A stretch of DNA of 64,000 nt, from NCBI GenBank assembly GCA_963842085.1, contig CAWJET010000002.1, forward strand, positions 1,088,001-1,152,000, given 5' to 3'. Source of the DNA: an uncultured delta proteobacterium. Lineage in GTDB: Bacteria > Desulfobacterota > Binatia > Binatales > Binataceae. The notes below the pieces were generated by a model, which was not told the origin of the DNA, searched no databases, and saw only the letters and a list, made by a program, of their open reading frames with translations. A program made the translations under genes and the position numbers. Below, one piece after another: positions 10,199 through 19,642 of the stretch (position 1 is the first letter of the stretch; each line of letters starts with the position of its first letter).

Positions 10199-10624
10199 TC
10201 AGCTCGCGGCCGCGCGCTTGCGCGTGGAGCGGGTTGAGCGGCGCGACGAGCCGCCGGTTTCCCTGGCCGCGGCGGCGGCGGCGCTGTTGGCGGCAGCCTG
10301 GGCCTTGGCGCATGCGCCGCACAGATTGTTCTGGTTGGCGGGGTCTTCGCTGAAGCCGTCGTCGAGCGAGTGGCAGACTTTCAGGCACGAGCCGCAGATA
10401 AAGTAGATGCCCTCGATGGTCTTGTTGATTCGTTCGCGGTTGAGGATTCTCCCACGCAGCTTCTCGATGCGGATGCCGAGCAGCTCGCCGTACTGGCGCT
10501 TGATTTTTCGGCGGCCGGCTTCGTCCTTGGGAAGGTCGGCATCTTCGTCCGCTTCGTCCGACATGTCGCCGAACGAGGCGTATTTGTCGCGCTTGGAGGT
10601 CTTGCTCTTGCGCGCTCTGCCCAT
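10199..10624 (-). CDS. C4 zinc-finger protein, possibly divergent DksA/TraR-like
   Basis: Start at MGRARK (ATG 10624, GGGGGA RBS); DxxDxA then C-x2-C-x21-C-x2-C. Confidence 0.65.
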   Translation of the reverse strand: MGRARKSKTSKRDKYASFGDMSDEADEDADLPKDEAGRRKIKRQYGELLGIRIEKLRGRILNRERINKTIEGIYFICGSCLKVCHSLDDGFSEDPANQNNLCGACAKAQAAANSAAAAAARETGGSSRRSTRSTRKRAAAS

Positions 10625-10644
10625 CGCGTGATCCCCCTGCCCGC

Positions 10645-10815
10645 TTAGCGCGTGCGTCCGACGAAGCCGCAGTTCTTTTCGCAGACCAGGTAGAAGCCCT
10701 TGCGGCCGAAGCCGGCGAACTTGGTCACCTTGCTCTCGGCGCCGCAACTGGGACAGAGGTGTTTCTGCTGGAGTCCGGCGTTTTTCTCAGCGGTCTTTGC
10801 CTTTTTCTCTGCCAT
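10645..10815 (-). CDS. Small 56-aa Zn-ribbon protein (absent from ORF track)
   Basis: Manual translation MAEKKAKTAEKNAGLQQKHLCPSCGAESKVTKFAGFGRKGFYLVCEKNCGFVGRTR*. Confidence 0.7.
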   Translation of the reverse strand: MAEKKAKTAEKNAGLQQKHLCPSCGAESKVTKFAGFGRKGFYLVCEKNCGFVGRTR

Positions 10816-11014
10816 GACGTGGATTGCTCTCGAGTTGGATTAACGGCTCTCGAATTCGGAATCAGATTAACGTTTACGCAAAACGACCCGGCCACTGGAG
10901 AATACCATCTGGCCGGGTGCATCCTCAAAGGTAAGGTCGCAAGGCCGCATAGTCAATAGCCGGCACGCGCTAAGAGTTGCCCGCGCGCGCGATGCGTGCA
11001 AGCGTTGAATTACC

Positions 11015-11872
11015 TTGGACTCGCGCCTGAAAGAAAACGATGCCGTAATTTTTGTCGATCGCAAGGGGCGCCGCTACCTGAAGATGCTGCGGGCGGGCAA
11101 GAAGCTGCTCATCCGCGGCGAGCTGCGCGCCGACGATTTATTCGGCGTCGAGGAAGGATCGCGCGTCAAGTTCTCGACCGGCGAGGCGTTCCTGGTGTTG
11201 CGGCCGACCTACGCCGACCTGATCCCGCATCTGCCGCGCGCGTCGCAGGTGATTTATCCCAAGGACACCGGGCCGCTGCTGGTGTGGGGCGACGTGTTTC
11301 CGGGGGCGACGGTGATCGAAGGCGGCACGGGTGCGGGCGCGCTCACGATTGCGCTGCTGAGAGCGGTGGGGCCGGCGGGACGCGTGATCTCGTACGAGTT
11401 GCGCGAGGACTTCGCCGACGCCGCGCGCAAAAACGTGGCCGCGTTTTTCGGCGAGGCACCGAACTGGACGATTAAGGTGCGCGATCTCTACGCGGGCTTC
11501 GATGAAACCGGCGTCGATCGGATGTTCCTCGATCTCGCGGAGCCGGGGCGTGCGCTCGCAGTCGCGGCGTGCGCGCTCAGGCCGGGCGCTGTGCTGGTGT
11601 GCTACGTGCCGACGGCGGTGCAGCTCAAGGACACGGTCGAGGCGCTTCAGGCGCGCAGCGATTTTGGCGAGATCGAAAGCTTCGAGACGCTGCTGCGCCA
11701 TTGGCAGGTAAAGGGGATGAGCGTGCGGCCGCATTTCAGGATGATCGCGCACTCGGCGTTTATCATCGTGTCGCGCAAGCTGGTCGCCGACGCGTCGAAT
11801 CCGCAAGAACGATTGGTCGACGCCAATTCAGCAGAGTCCGGCAGCGTCGATGCTGACGAGCCGCTCGAATGA
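11015..11872 (+). CDS. trmI: tRNA (adenine58-N1)-methyltransferase
   Basis: QVIYPKD, EGGTGAGALT, SYELREDF, LDLAEP, VRP..RMIAH motifs. Confidence 0.9.
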   Translation: MDSRLKENDAVIFVDRKGRRYLKMLRAGKKLLIRGELRADDLFGVEEGSRVKFSTGEAFLVLRPTYADLIPHLPRASQVIYPKDTGPLLVWGDVFPGATVIEGGTGAGALTIALLRAVGPAGRVISYELREDFADAARKNVAAFFGEAPNWTIKVRDLYAGFDETGVDRMFLDLAEPGRALAVAACALRPGAVLVCYVPTAVQLKDTVEALQARSDFGEIESFETLLRHWQVKGMSVRPHFRMIAHSAFIIVSRKLVADASNPQERLVDANSAESGSVDADEPLE

Positions 11873-12864
11873 TCACGCGGAGAAAATTTCTGGCGGCGTC
11901 GGGCGCCGCGATCGCGCTCGCCGGCATCCCGCGAGTCACGCGCGCAGCCGCTGCGTCACTGAAATTCGGCGGGCCGACGCCGAATGCGAATTTTTACGTG
12001 ACGTCGTACGCAAGGACGCCGAGTGTCGACCTCAATTCGTGGCGCTTTGGCATCAAGGGACTGGTCGAGAATCCGATCCAGTTTTCCTACGCGGATATTC
12101 TCAAGCTCCCGAAGATCGACGAGATGCTGACGCTTGAATGCATCTCGAACCCGCCCGACGGCACCGCTATCAGCAACGCCAACTGGACGGGCGTACGACT
12201 GCGTCCGCTCCTGGAGCGCGCGGGAGTCGGGCGGCGAGCGAGGTTCGTCGCGATGCGCGGGGCGGACGGCTATCACACGGTGCTGCCGGTCGAGGAACTG
12301 ATGCGCGAGGAAAATTTTCTGCCGTACCTGATGAACGGCGTGCCGTTGCCCGCCGAGCATGGCTATCCGCTTAGAATTTTCATTCCGGGAAAGTACGGGA
12401 TGAAGCAGCCGAAGTGGCTCACCGAGCTCGAATTTGCGGACCACGAAATCCCCGGCTACTGGGAGATTCGCGGATGGAGCGACACCTGCTGGCGCAAGGT
12501 CAACTCGGGCTTCTTCTCGCCGCGCGTGGAAGGCGGGCTGATGTCGATTTTCGATCGCAAGGCCAGGGTGGCGGCGCCGGTGGACATCTACGGCTGGGCG
12601 CTGGCCGGACCTTCGGGAATCAAACGCGTCGAAGTGTCGGCGGACGACGGCGCGACGTGGCATGACGCGGAACTGGTCGAGAACCGCTCGCCGTACGTGT
12701 GGACGGTCTGGAAATATCGCTTCGCGCCGAGGGCCGCAGGCGATTTCATGATTCGCGTGCGCGCAACCGACGGCAGCGGCGTCGCACAGCCGCCCACGGA
12801 TCCGCAGACGGGCAGCGGCATGAGCGGGCAGGCGCGGCTAGCACTCGAGGTAACGCACGCGTGA
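11869..12864 (+). CDS. Tat-exported sulfite oxidase-family molybdoenzyme
   Basis: TRRKFL Tat motif; TLECISN, NANWTGV, HGYPLR, YGMKQPKW; C-terminal dimerisation domain. Confidence 0.9.
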   Translation: MITRRKFLAASGAAIALAGIPRVTRAAAASLKFGGPTPNANFYVTSYARTPSVDLNSWRFGIKGLVENPIQFSYADILKLPKIDEMLTLECISNPPDGTAISNANWTGVRLRPLLERAGVGRRARFVAMRGADGYHTVLPVEELMREENFLPYLMNGVPLPAEHGYPLRIFIPGKYGMKQPKWLTELEFADHEIPGYWEIRGWSDTCWRKVNSGFFSPRVEGGLMSIFDRKARVAAPVDIYGWALAGPSGIKRVEVSADDGATWHDAELVENRSPYVWTVWKYRFAPRAAGDFMIRVRATDGSGVAQPPTDPQTGSGMSGQARLALEVTHA

Positions 12865-12877
12865 AAATTATCCGTGG

Positions 12878-14296
12878 CTAGCGGAGTAACGTTGCGGTGT
12901 GCAGGGCGCGCGCCGTGGACATCGGGCCGGTCGCGCTGAAGCTGCCGCCGTCCGCGGGATTGAACAGCTCCGCGCTGCGGAGCACGGTGCCGTGCGCGGC
13001 GGGGTCGGCGGCGCCGATGCCGCCGGCAATCAGCACGCGATGGGCAGCCGGCCCGGCCGCGAGCAGCGTTGCGGTATGCCCGGCGCGCGCAACGGTCATC
13101 GACTGATTGCATCGCAGCGTCTCGGTGTTGAATCCGCCGACGCAAGTGAAATCGCCGGTGTTTGGATCGAACGTCTCGGCCGAATTGCTGATCAAGCCCG
13201 ACGCGCCCGACAGCATGCCGCCCGAGATCGCCACCGTGCCGTTGAATCCGCCCGCAAGCAGCACATCCCCGTCGTCGAGCAGGGTGGCGGTGTGGAGCGA
13301 GCGCGGCTCGTTCATGAAGCTCGAGAGCAGCACGAACTGCTGCGAGGTGGGATCGTAGAGCTCGGCACTGCTGTCCTTGAAAAAGAAACTCGAGCCGCCG
13401 ACGCCGCCGGTAATCAGGACCTTGCCGGCCAGCGGGCCGTTGATGAAGAGCGTCGCGGTGTGCGCCGCACGCTGATGGTCCATCGGGGAGTTCACGGGGG
13501 TAAACGAGTTCGACGCGGGATCGTAAACGTCGGCGGAGTTGGTGGTGTCGCCCGACAGATTGGTCGCGCCGCCAGCCACCAGCACTTTGCCGCTGAGCAG
13601 CAGCGTCGCGGTATGAAACATGCGCCGATCGCTCATCGTGTTATTGACCGTGATGAACTTTCGCGCGGCTGGATCGTAGAGCTCCGCGGTATCGAGGACC
13701 TCGCCGTGATTGTCCAGCCCGCCAACGACCAGGATTTTGCCGTTGTTCAGCGCGGTCGCGGTGAAGCCCATCCTCGGCGTGGCCATCTGACCCGCCGGCG
13801 AGAACGCGCCGGTCGCCTCGTCGAAAATCTCCGCGCCGCCCAGCACGTTGCCTTCGAGCGCGAGCGAAAAATGTTTAATCGCGGCGCTGCCGCTGAAGCC
13901 GCCATCGAGCAGCACCTGGGTCGCCGAGAGCGCAGCCGCCGATGCGCCGGCGCGACTCGACGACGCGCTGCCCGTTGGAACGAACTGGCCCGACGACAGA
14001 TCGAAAAACTCCGCACTCGCGAGACTTCGATTCAAGGCGTCAACGCCGCCCGCGATCAGTACGTCGCCCGCCGCGGGAATCGCGGCCCTGAGGTTGTGAA
14101 TTGCGCCCCGATGGCGGTGTGAGACCGCGCTTTTGGCAGCCGTATCGTTCGCCGCGGAGCCGTCGTGCGACGGCGCTTCGATACTCTCGCCGTTGATGCA
14201 TCCGCTCGCCGCGAGCAGGCCGATCAGGCCAACGACGCTCAGCGCTGCGAGCGCAACTCGCACCCATCGGGCGCTGGTATTGAGATCTCTGTGCAA
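12878..14296 (-). CDS. Kelch-repeat (beta-propeller) putative lipoprotein
   Basis: Repeated R..HTATLL..GKVLVAGG...AELYDP; LAASGC lipobox. Confidence 0.85.
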   Translation of the reverse strand: MHRDLNTSARWVRVALAALSVVGLIGLLAASGCINGESIEAPSHDGSAANDTAAKSAVSHRHRGAIHNLRAAIPAAGDVLIAGGVDALNRSLASAEFFDLSSGQFVPTGSASSSRAGASAAALSATQVLLDGGFSGSAAIKHFSLALEGNVLGGAEIFDEATGAFSPAGQMATPRMGFTATALNNGKILVVGGLDNHGEVLDTAELYDPAARKFITVNNTMSDRRMFHTATLLLSGKVLVAGGATNLSGDTTNSADVYDPASNSFTPVNSPMDHQRAAHTATLFINGPLAGKVLITGGVGGSSFFFKDSSAELYDPTSQQFVLLSSFMNEPRSLHTATLLDDGDVLLAGGFNGTVAISGGMLSGASGLISNSAETFDPNTGDFTCVGGFNTETLRCNQSMTVARAGHTATLLAAGPAAHRVLIAGGIGAADPAAHGTVLRSAELFNPADGGSFSATGPMSTARALHTATLLR

Positions 14297-14407
14297 ACGA
14301 GCCCGGCTCCAAAGCTCATTATACAGGATTACAGGCGCGAGAATTAGACGAAGTTCAGGCGAAAAAGTTTCAGATGAAGATTCATCCGAGTCTGGCGTTC
14401 CCGTGAA

Positions 14408-16873
14408 CTAATGAGAGAAAATTCCCTTGAAAAATTTGCCGACCGCGCCGAAAACGTCGGAAGATGAAGGACTTGCCGACGCGACCGGCTGCGGCGCCGC
14501 AGATGGCGGTGCAGGTGGCATCGTGGCCGACACCGGTGCAGAAGCGGGCGCGCTCGCGAAAATTCCGCCGTGGAGCGGACACATCTGCGTCGGCGCGGTA
14601 CCAAGCAGGAATGGCAGCGCGACCTGCAGCGGGCACGCCGAGGTCGCCAGACCGCCGGATTCGGGATCGATCGTAGCCATCGTGATGCCAGACGGCTCGG
14701 GAAAGTCCTCGGCATCCGCCGGCGCCGCATCTTCCATGAACTGAACCCAGGCCGGCAGCGCCGCCTGCGCGCCTGTCAGGCCGAGGCTCTCGGGCTCGTC
14801 GAAGCCGACCCAGACGCCGCATACGATAGCCGGCGTATAGCCGATGAAGTAGGCGTCGCGGTAATCCTGCGTCGTGCCGGTCTTGCCCGCCGCGGGAAAA
14901 TCCAGTCCCAGGCGGCCGGCGCTCGCGCCGGTCCCATAGCGCAGAACGGCTTTGAGAGCGCCGGTGATCAGATAGGCGACGGCGGGATGAATGATGCGAT
15001 TCGTCTCGTCCGCGTGCCGGTAGATCTGATGGCCCTTCGCATCGACAACCGCCTCGACCGCGTACGGCGGCGACTGCACACCCTCGCTCGCAAACACCTG
15101 GTACGCGGAGGTGAGCTCGAGCAGCGTGGTCTCGTCGGCGCCGATCGAAATCGGCAGCACCGCGGGAAGATCCTCGTGGATGCCCATCTCGTGCGCCGTC
15201 TTGACGATCGTCGCGGGTCCCAGGCGGCTGCCGACGTAGGCAGTCGGCACGTTGAGGGATTCGATCAACGCCTGGGCCACAGTCACTTGCGGCTGATAGG
15301 TGCGCTCGTAGTTCGCGGGCGTCCATCCGTCAAAGGTCATCGGCTCGTCGGGCAGAGTGGACGCGAGCGTGAGCGGGGGCGAGAACGGCGCGCGCGAGGG
15401 ATCGAGCGCGGCCAGGTAGACAATCGGCTTGAATGCCGACCCCGGCTGCCGCTCGGCATTGGCGGCACGATTAAACTGGCTCTCAGAGTAGTCGCGCCCG
15501 CCGACCATCGCGCGGATGGCGCCGCTATCGGCGTCCAGCGCGACCAGCGAAGTCTGCAGCTTGCCGTCGGTCTTTGTGCGGCGCAGGCGGCGATGGTTCT
15601 TTTCGAGCTGCGCGATATTGTCCGTGACCGCGTCGACGGCGTCGCTCTGCAGCTCGGTGTCGAGGGTGGTGTAAACCTTGAGTCCCTCAAGACGGCCGTC
15701 GAAGCCGGGAATCCTGTTCACGAATGCGGTCACGTAGTCGGTGAAGTACGGCGCGCGGCGCAGTCCCGGCGGCTTGGTGATTTGAATCGGCGTGGCGACG
15801 GCGGCGGCGTAGGTGGTGTCGTCGATCGCGCCTGCCCGCTTCATCACGTCCAGCACGACATCGCGCCGCTTGCGGCATGCGTCGGGATGACGCCGCGGGT
15901 CGTATAGCGTCGGCGCCTGGATCATTCCGATCAGCGTCGCCGCCTCCGCGGGCGTCACCTCGGACAGATCCTTGTTGAAAAAATATCGTGCTGCCTGCGG
16001 CAGCCCGTCGATCGGCGTGCCCTCGTACTCGCCCATCGGCACGTCGTTGATGTAGCGCTCGAGGATCTCATTTTTGTGAAGGCGAATTTCGAGCACCGCT
16101 GCGACGGCCAGCTCGCGGAACTTGCGGCTGAAGCTGCGCTCGTGGCGTTCCATGAAGGTCCGCGCCAGTTGCTGGGTGAGCGTGCTGGCGCCCTGGACGA
16201 GGCGATGCGCGCGCAAGTCGGCAATGGCGGCCTCGACGATGCGGATCGGATCGATTCCCGGATGGTAGTAGAAAAAACGATCTTCGTTGGCGAGCAGTCC
16301 TTTGACCAGGAATGGCTTGAGCTGGCTCAGTTGCACCTCGACTCGTTCGGCGGGAGCTCCGGGCAGCAGCCGGCCGATCACCTCAGGCTCGAGCATCGCG
16401 TCAGACTTGGCGACGCCGAACGCATCGGCCACGCCGGCGATCCGCGTACCGTCCAGGCTCACGCGCACCATCTCGGCAGGATACTCCCTGGCGCCGACGT
16501 TGAACGAGCGCAGGTAAATTGCGAGCGCATGCGGCGCCCTGGTGTACTCGCCCGGAATGTTGGCCGACGCCACCTGCGAGTAGCTCAGGTGCGCAAGCCG
16601 ATCCATCAGGCCGCTGCGTTCGAGGTCGTCGCCGGCGCGCAGCGGGAACGGCGCGGAAAAGATCGCGGAGGTCAGCGCGGCGCGACGCTGCTCGATCAGC
16701 GCGGAGATCTCGCCGTACAGTTGCGCGAGGTAGAAGCCCGCCGCGAAGAACACGAGCAGGAATCCAGCGGCGGCGAGGTTTCGCACGCGCCATCCGCGGA
16801 TTCGCCATTCGCGGCGTTTTTTCTTCGCCGGCTTCGCTTTTGCCTTCATTGGCGCCTGCCGTCCGCCGCCCAT
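14408..16873 (-). CDS. mrcB: Class A penicillin-binding protein (PBP1B-type)
   Basis: EDRFFYYHPG, QGASTLTQQL, QPGSAFKP, SLN, KTGT; UB2H-like segment; exact start uncertain (16849-16894). Confidence 0.88.
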   Translation of the reverse strand: MGGGRQAPMKAKAKPAKKKRREWRIRGWRVRNLAAAGFLLVFFAAGFYLAQLYGEISALIEQRRAALTSAIFSAPFPLRAGDDLERSGLMDRLAHLSYSQVASANIPGEYTRAPHALAIYLRSFNVGAREYPAEMVRVSLDGTRIAGVADAFGVAKSDAMLEPEVIGRLLPGAPAERVEVQLSQLKPFLVKGLLANEDRFFYYHPGIDPIRIVEAAIADLRAHRLVQGASTLTQQLARTFMERHERSFSRKFRELAVAAVLEIRLHKNEILERYINDVPMGEYEGTPIDGLPQAARYFFNKDLSEVTPAEAATLIGMIQAPTLYDPRRHPDACRKRRDVVLDVMKRAGAIDDTTYAAAVATPIQITKPPGLRRAPYFTDYVTAFVNRIPGFDGRLEGLKVYTTLDTELQSDAVDAVTDNIAQLEKNHRRLRRTKTDGKLQTSLVALDADSGAIRAMVGGRDYSESQFNRAANAERQPGSAFKPIVYLAALDPSRAPFSPPLTLASTLPDEPMTFDGWTPANYERTYQPQVTVAQALIESLNVPTAYVGSRLGPATIVKTAHEMGIHEDLPAVLPISIGADETTLLELTSAYQVFASEGVQSPPYAVEAVVDAKGHQIYRHADETNRIIHPAVAYLITGALKAVLRYGTGASAGRLGLDFPAAGKTGTTQDYRDAYFIGYTPAIVCGVWVGFDEPESLGLTGAQAALPAWVQFMEDAAPADAEDFPEPSGITMATIDPESGGLATSACPLQVALPFLLGTAPTQMCPLHGGIFASAPASAPVSATMPPAPPSAAPQPVASASPSSSDVFGAVGKFFKGIFSH

Positions 16874-16931
16874 CGGTGTTGCTACCTCAGTCAAAAGGCT
16901 AGCCGCGTCACGATGCCTGATCCATCGACCT

Positions 16932-17414
16932 TCATTGCTTGTAGCCGAATCGCCGCAGCATCGCTCGGCGCTCCGCCTGGTCGTCCGCGCCCTCGACGCC
17001 CTTGGGCGAACTGCCGTCGATCACCCCGACGACGCCGCGCCCGCCTCCGTCCTCTGCGACGATCACGCGGAGCTGGTTCGCCGTCGCACAGAAGACCGTA
17101 CATACCTCGCTTACCGACTTGATCTGATTGAGCACGTTGACTGGGAATGCGTTGCCCAAAATCACCACGAACACGTGCCCTGCGGCAATCGCCGCCGCCG
17201 CTTCGACCGCCGACTGCTCCAGCGCCGGCTCGGTGCCCGTGTGCCGAATCAGGCATGGGCCCGACGCCTCGCAGAACGCCAGACCGAACTTGATTCCCGG
17301 CACCGCCTGCACCAGAGCCTCGTAAACGTCCTCGACGGTCTTGATGAAGTGCGCCTGGCCAACGATCACATTGGCGTCGGCAGGTTTCGCGATTTCGACA
17401 ATACTCAGTTGCAT
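16932..17414 (-). CDS. Adenosine-specific kinase family protein (DUF355)
   Basis: GQAHFIKTVED, FGLAFCEASG, PVNVLN, FCATAN motifs. Confidence 0.85.
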   Translation of the reverse strand: MQLSIVEIAKPADANVIVGQAHFIKTVEDVYEALVQAVPGIKFGLAFCEASGPCLIRHTGTEPALEQSAVEAAAAIAAGHVFVVILGNAFPVNVLNQIKSVSEVCTVFCATANQLRVIVAEDGGGRGVVGVIDGSSPKGVEGADDQAERRAMLRRFGYKQ

Positions 17415-17495
17415 AGTGCTTGCCCCCTGTGACTATTGCGCGGATGATAATTGCGTGGATGCGGCGCCGGGAAGTGAGTATCCGGCAATGGAGGC

Positions 17496-18035
17496 GTGGT
17501 GGCTACCGGACTGACGCTTCGAGCGAATTCCGAGACGCGGTTGCCCTCGTTTTTCTATCGGCTCTCGTCGCGCGCACAGCGAACTTACCTGAAGAGCGAC
17601 ACCGTCGAGCGCTTCGACTACGTAGCCAGCGCTGCCGCGCGCAACTCGCTCGACGCCCTCATGCGCGTGCTCGAGACCGGCAACCTCGTCGCATGCACCA
17701 CCTGCACGCGCGCGTTGACTGCGGAAATTTGCCGGGGCCTCGCGACTCCGCCGGTCAACGTCGAGGTCCGTGGTGTACGCCCGCGCAATACGCGCGGCGA
17801 ACTGCACGGGCTGTTCTATCCTTACGATCCGCGGATGCGCAGGCCGCCCTACATCGTGCTCTGGATGCGTACGGCGCAGCGCCACGATGTAGTCAAGCCG
17901 AAGACCTTTGTGCGCACCTTGATGCATGAAATCGGACACTACCTTGATTACGCTCTGCTGCGGCTTGAGGATTCATATCACACGCAGGGATTCTTCAAGC
18001 GCGAGTCGTCGCTGGTGCGCGCGCTGTTCAATTAG
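17496..18035 (+). CDS. Putative zincin metalloprotein (HExxH)
   Basis: TLMHEIGHYLDY...SYHTQGFF. Confidence 0.75.
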   Translation: MVATGLTLRANSETRLPSFFYRLSSRAQRTYLKSDTVERFDYVASAAARNSLDALMRVLETGNLVACTTCTRALTAEICRGLATPPVNVEVRGVRPRNTRGELHGLFYPYDPRMRRPPYIVLWMRTAQRHDVVKPKTFVRTLMHEIGHYLDYALLRLEDSYHTQGFFKRESSLVRALFN

Positions 18036-18126
18036 CACCCTTGACAGGGGCGGCTTCGATGCCAATAGCTATTGTCGCGATGCGCCACGCATCCACAATG
18101 ACCTAAACGCGCATCGGGTGGGGTAG

Positions 18127-18594
18127 ATGGCTACCGGTATGGGATTTTTCCAGAGATTGTTTTCGCCGGCTTCGGCGCGCGCGGAATTGCTCGAGGAACT
18201 GGCAGTGCTCGCCGGCCGCAACCAGGGGCTGGTCGAGCGCCTGAAGCGCCATGCCGCGTTGACCTCCACGAATATCAAGATCGGGGTCGAGGCGCTCGCC
18301 GAAAAGGAAGCCGCGCACGTCAAGGTGATTCACTCGATTCTGGCCGACCACAACGTCTGGGCGAAACTGCCGGAGCCCGCCCTGCACGACGGCTCGAACA
18401 ACTGGGCGCGCCTGAGTGGCGACCTCGAGGTGCTTCGAGTGCTTGCAGCCGACCTGCACGACAACGCAATGAAGTGGGAATCCGTCGATGAAGGCGTCGC
18501 GGAAAGGCTGCGTCAAGTAGCGGATGATGACGATGATCGCGAAAGCGAACTGCGCAAGCTCGCGCTGAAGTGCGACGCCCTGGCGCTGGACTGA
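18127..18594 (+). CDS. Hypothetical helical (ferritin-like) protein
   Basis: 155 aa, all-helical pattern with EAAH motif. Confidence 0.6.
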   Translation: MATGMGFFQRLFSPASARAELLEELAVLAGRNQGLVERLKRHAALTSTNIKIGVEALAEKEAAHVKVIHSILADHNVWAKLPEPALHDGSNNWARLSGDLEVLRVLAADLHDNAMKWESVDEGVAERLRQVADDDDDRESELRKLALKCDALALD

Positions 18595-19638
18595 CTACAG
18601 GTAGCGCTGCAGCCCGCGGCGCTCGAGCTCCTCGGTCACGCGCCCGACATGCGGCGAGCGCTCGCGTTGCGCAACCAGGATCGCGTCTCCCGTATCGACC
18701 ACGATCAGATCGCGCACGCCGAACAGCACCATCAAGCGCGAATCCGAGTGCGCCAGCACGCGTTCGGAATCGAGCGCAATCGCCCTGCCGCGAAGCACGT
18801 TGCCGCCCGCGCCGCCGACCGCCTCCCACAGCCCGTCCCACGAGCCCACATCATGCCACGAAAATCGCGCGCGCACGCCGAGCACGTTGGCGCTCTTCTC
18901 CATGATCACGCGGTCAAAGGAATCGTAGCGCAGCCGCCTGTGCGTCCGCGCGAGCCGTTCCGCCGCGATGCCGAGCGCCGGGCAATGCGCGTCGAACTCC
19001 CGCGCCAGCGTCCGCGTCGACGCCACGAACATCGAGGCGTTCCACAAGTAGCGCCCGCTGCGCACCATCCGGCGCGCGAGCGCGAGCTCGGGTTTCTCGA
19101 CGAACTGTTCGATTCGAAATCCGCCGCCGACCCCGGGACCGATCTTTTGATAGCCGTAACCGGTTTCGGGCCGCGTCGGTGAAACCCCGATCGCGACGAT
19201 CGAATCGTGCGCCGCGGCCAGACCAATCGCATCGGCAAGCGTGCGGCGATATTGCGCCGCGGTCGCGATGTAATGATCCGCCGCGACCGAAGCGATAACT
19301 CCGTCGCCGAGTCTGCGCTTGATAATGGCGGCGCCATAAGCGATCGCCACTGCGGTGCCGCGCGCTTGCGGTTCAACGATCAGATTCTGTGCCGGAATCA
19401 AGCCGCGGAGCGCGCGCCGGAACGGCCCCTGATGCGCCGCCGCGGCCAGCACGAAAATTCGCTCGCGCGGAATGAGCGGCAGGTGACGCGCGATGGTGTC
19501 GGCGAGCAGGCTGGCCTTGCCGTCGATCGAAAACAGCGGCTTGGGATTCGCCTCGCGGCTCGCCGGCCAGAAGCGCGTGCCGCGGCCGCCCGCGATTATC
19601 AGCACCGAGGCGCGCAGCGGCGCGGAGTTTCGAGCCAT
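18595..19638 (-). CDS. manC: Mannose-1-phosphate guanylyltransferase
   Basis: AGGRGTRFWPASR..PKP, ADHYI, PTRPETGYGY, FVEKP, DVGSW. Confidence 0.9.
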   Translation of the reverse strand: MARNSAPLRASVLIIAGGRGTRFWPASREANPKPLFSIDGKASLLADTIARHLPLIPRERIFVLAAAAHQGPFRRALRGLIPAQNLIVEPQARGTAVAIAYGAAIIKRRLGDGVIASVAADHYIATAAQYRRTLADAIGLAAAHDSIVAIGVSPTRPETGYGYQKIGPGVGGGFRIEQFVEKPELALARRMVRSGRYLWNASMFVASTRTLAREFDAHCPALGIAAERLARTHRRLRYDSFDRVIMEKSANVLGVRARFSWHDVGSWDGLWEAVGGAGGNVLRGRAIALDSERVLAHSDSRLMVLFGVRDLIVVDTGDAILVAQRERSPHVGRVTEELERRGLQRYL

Positions 19639-19642
19639 CGCG

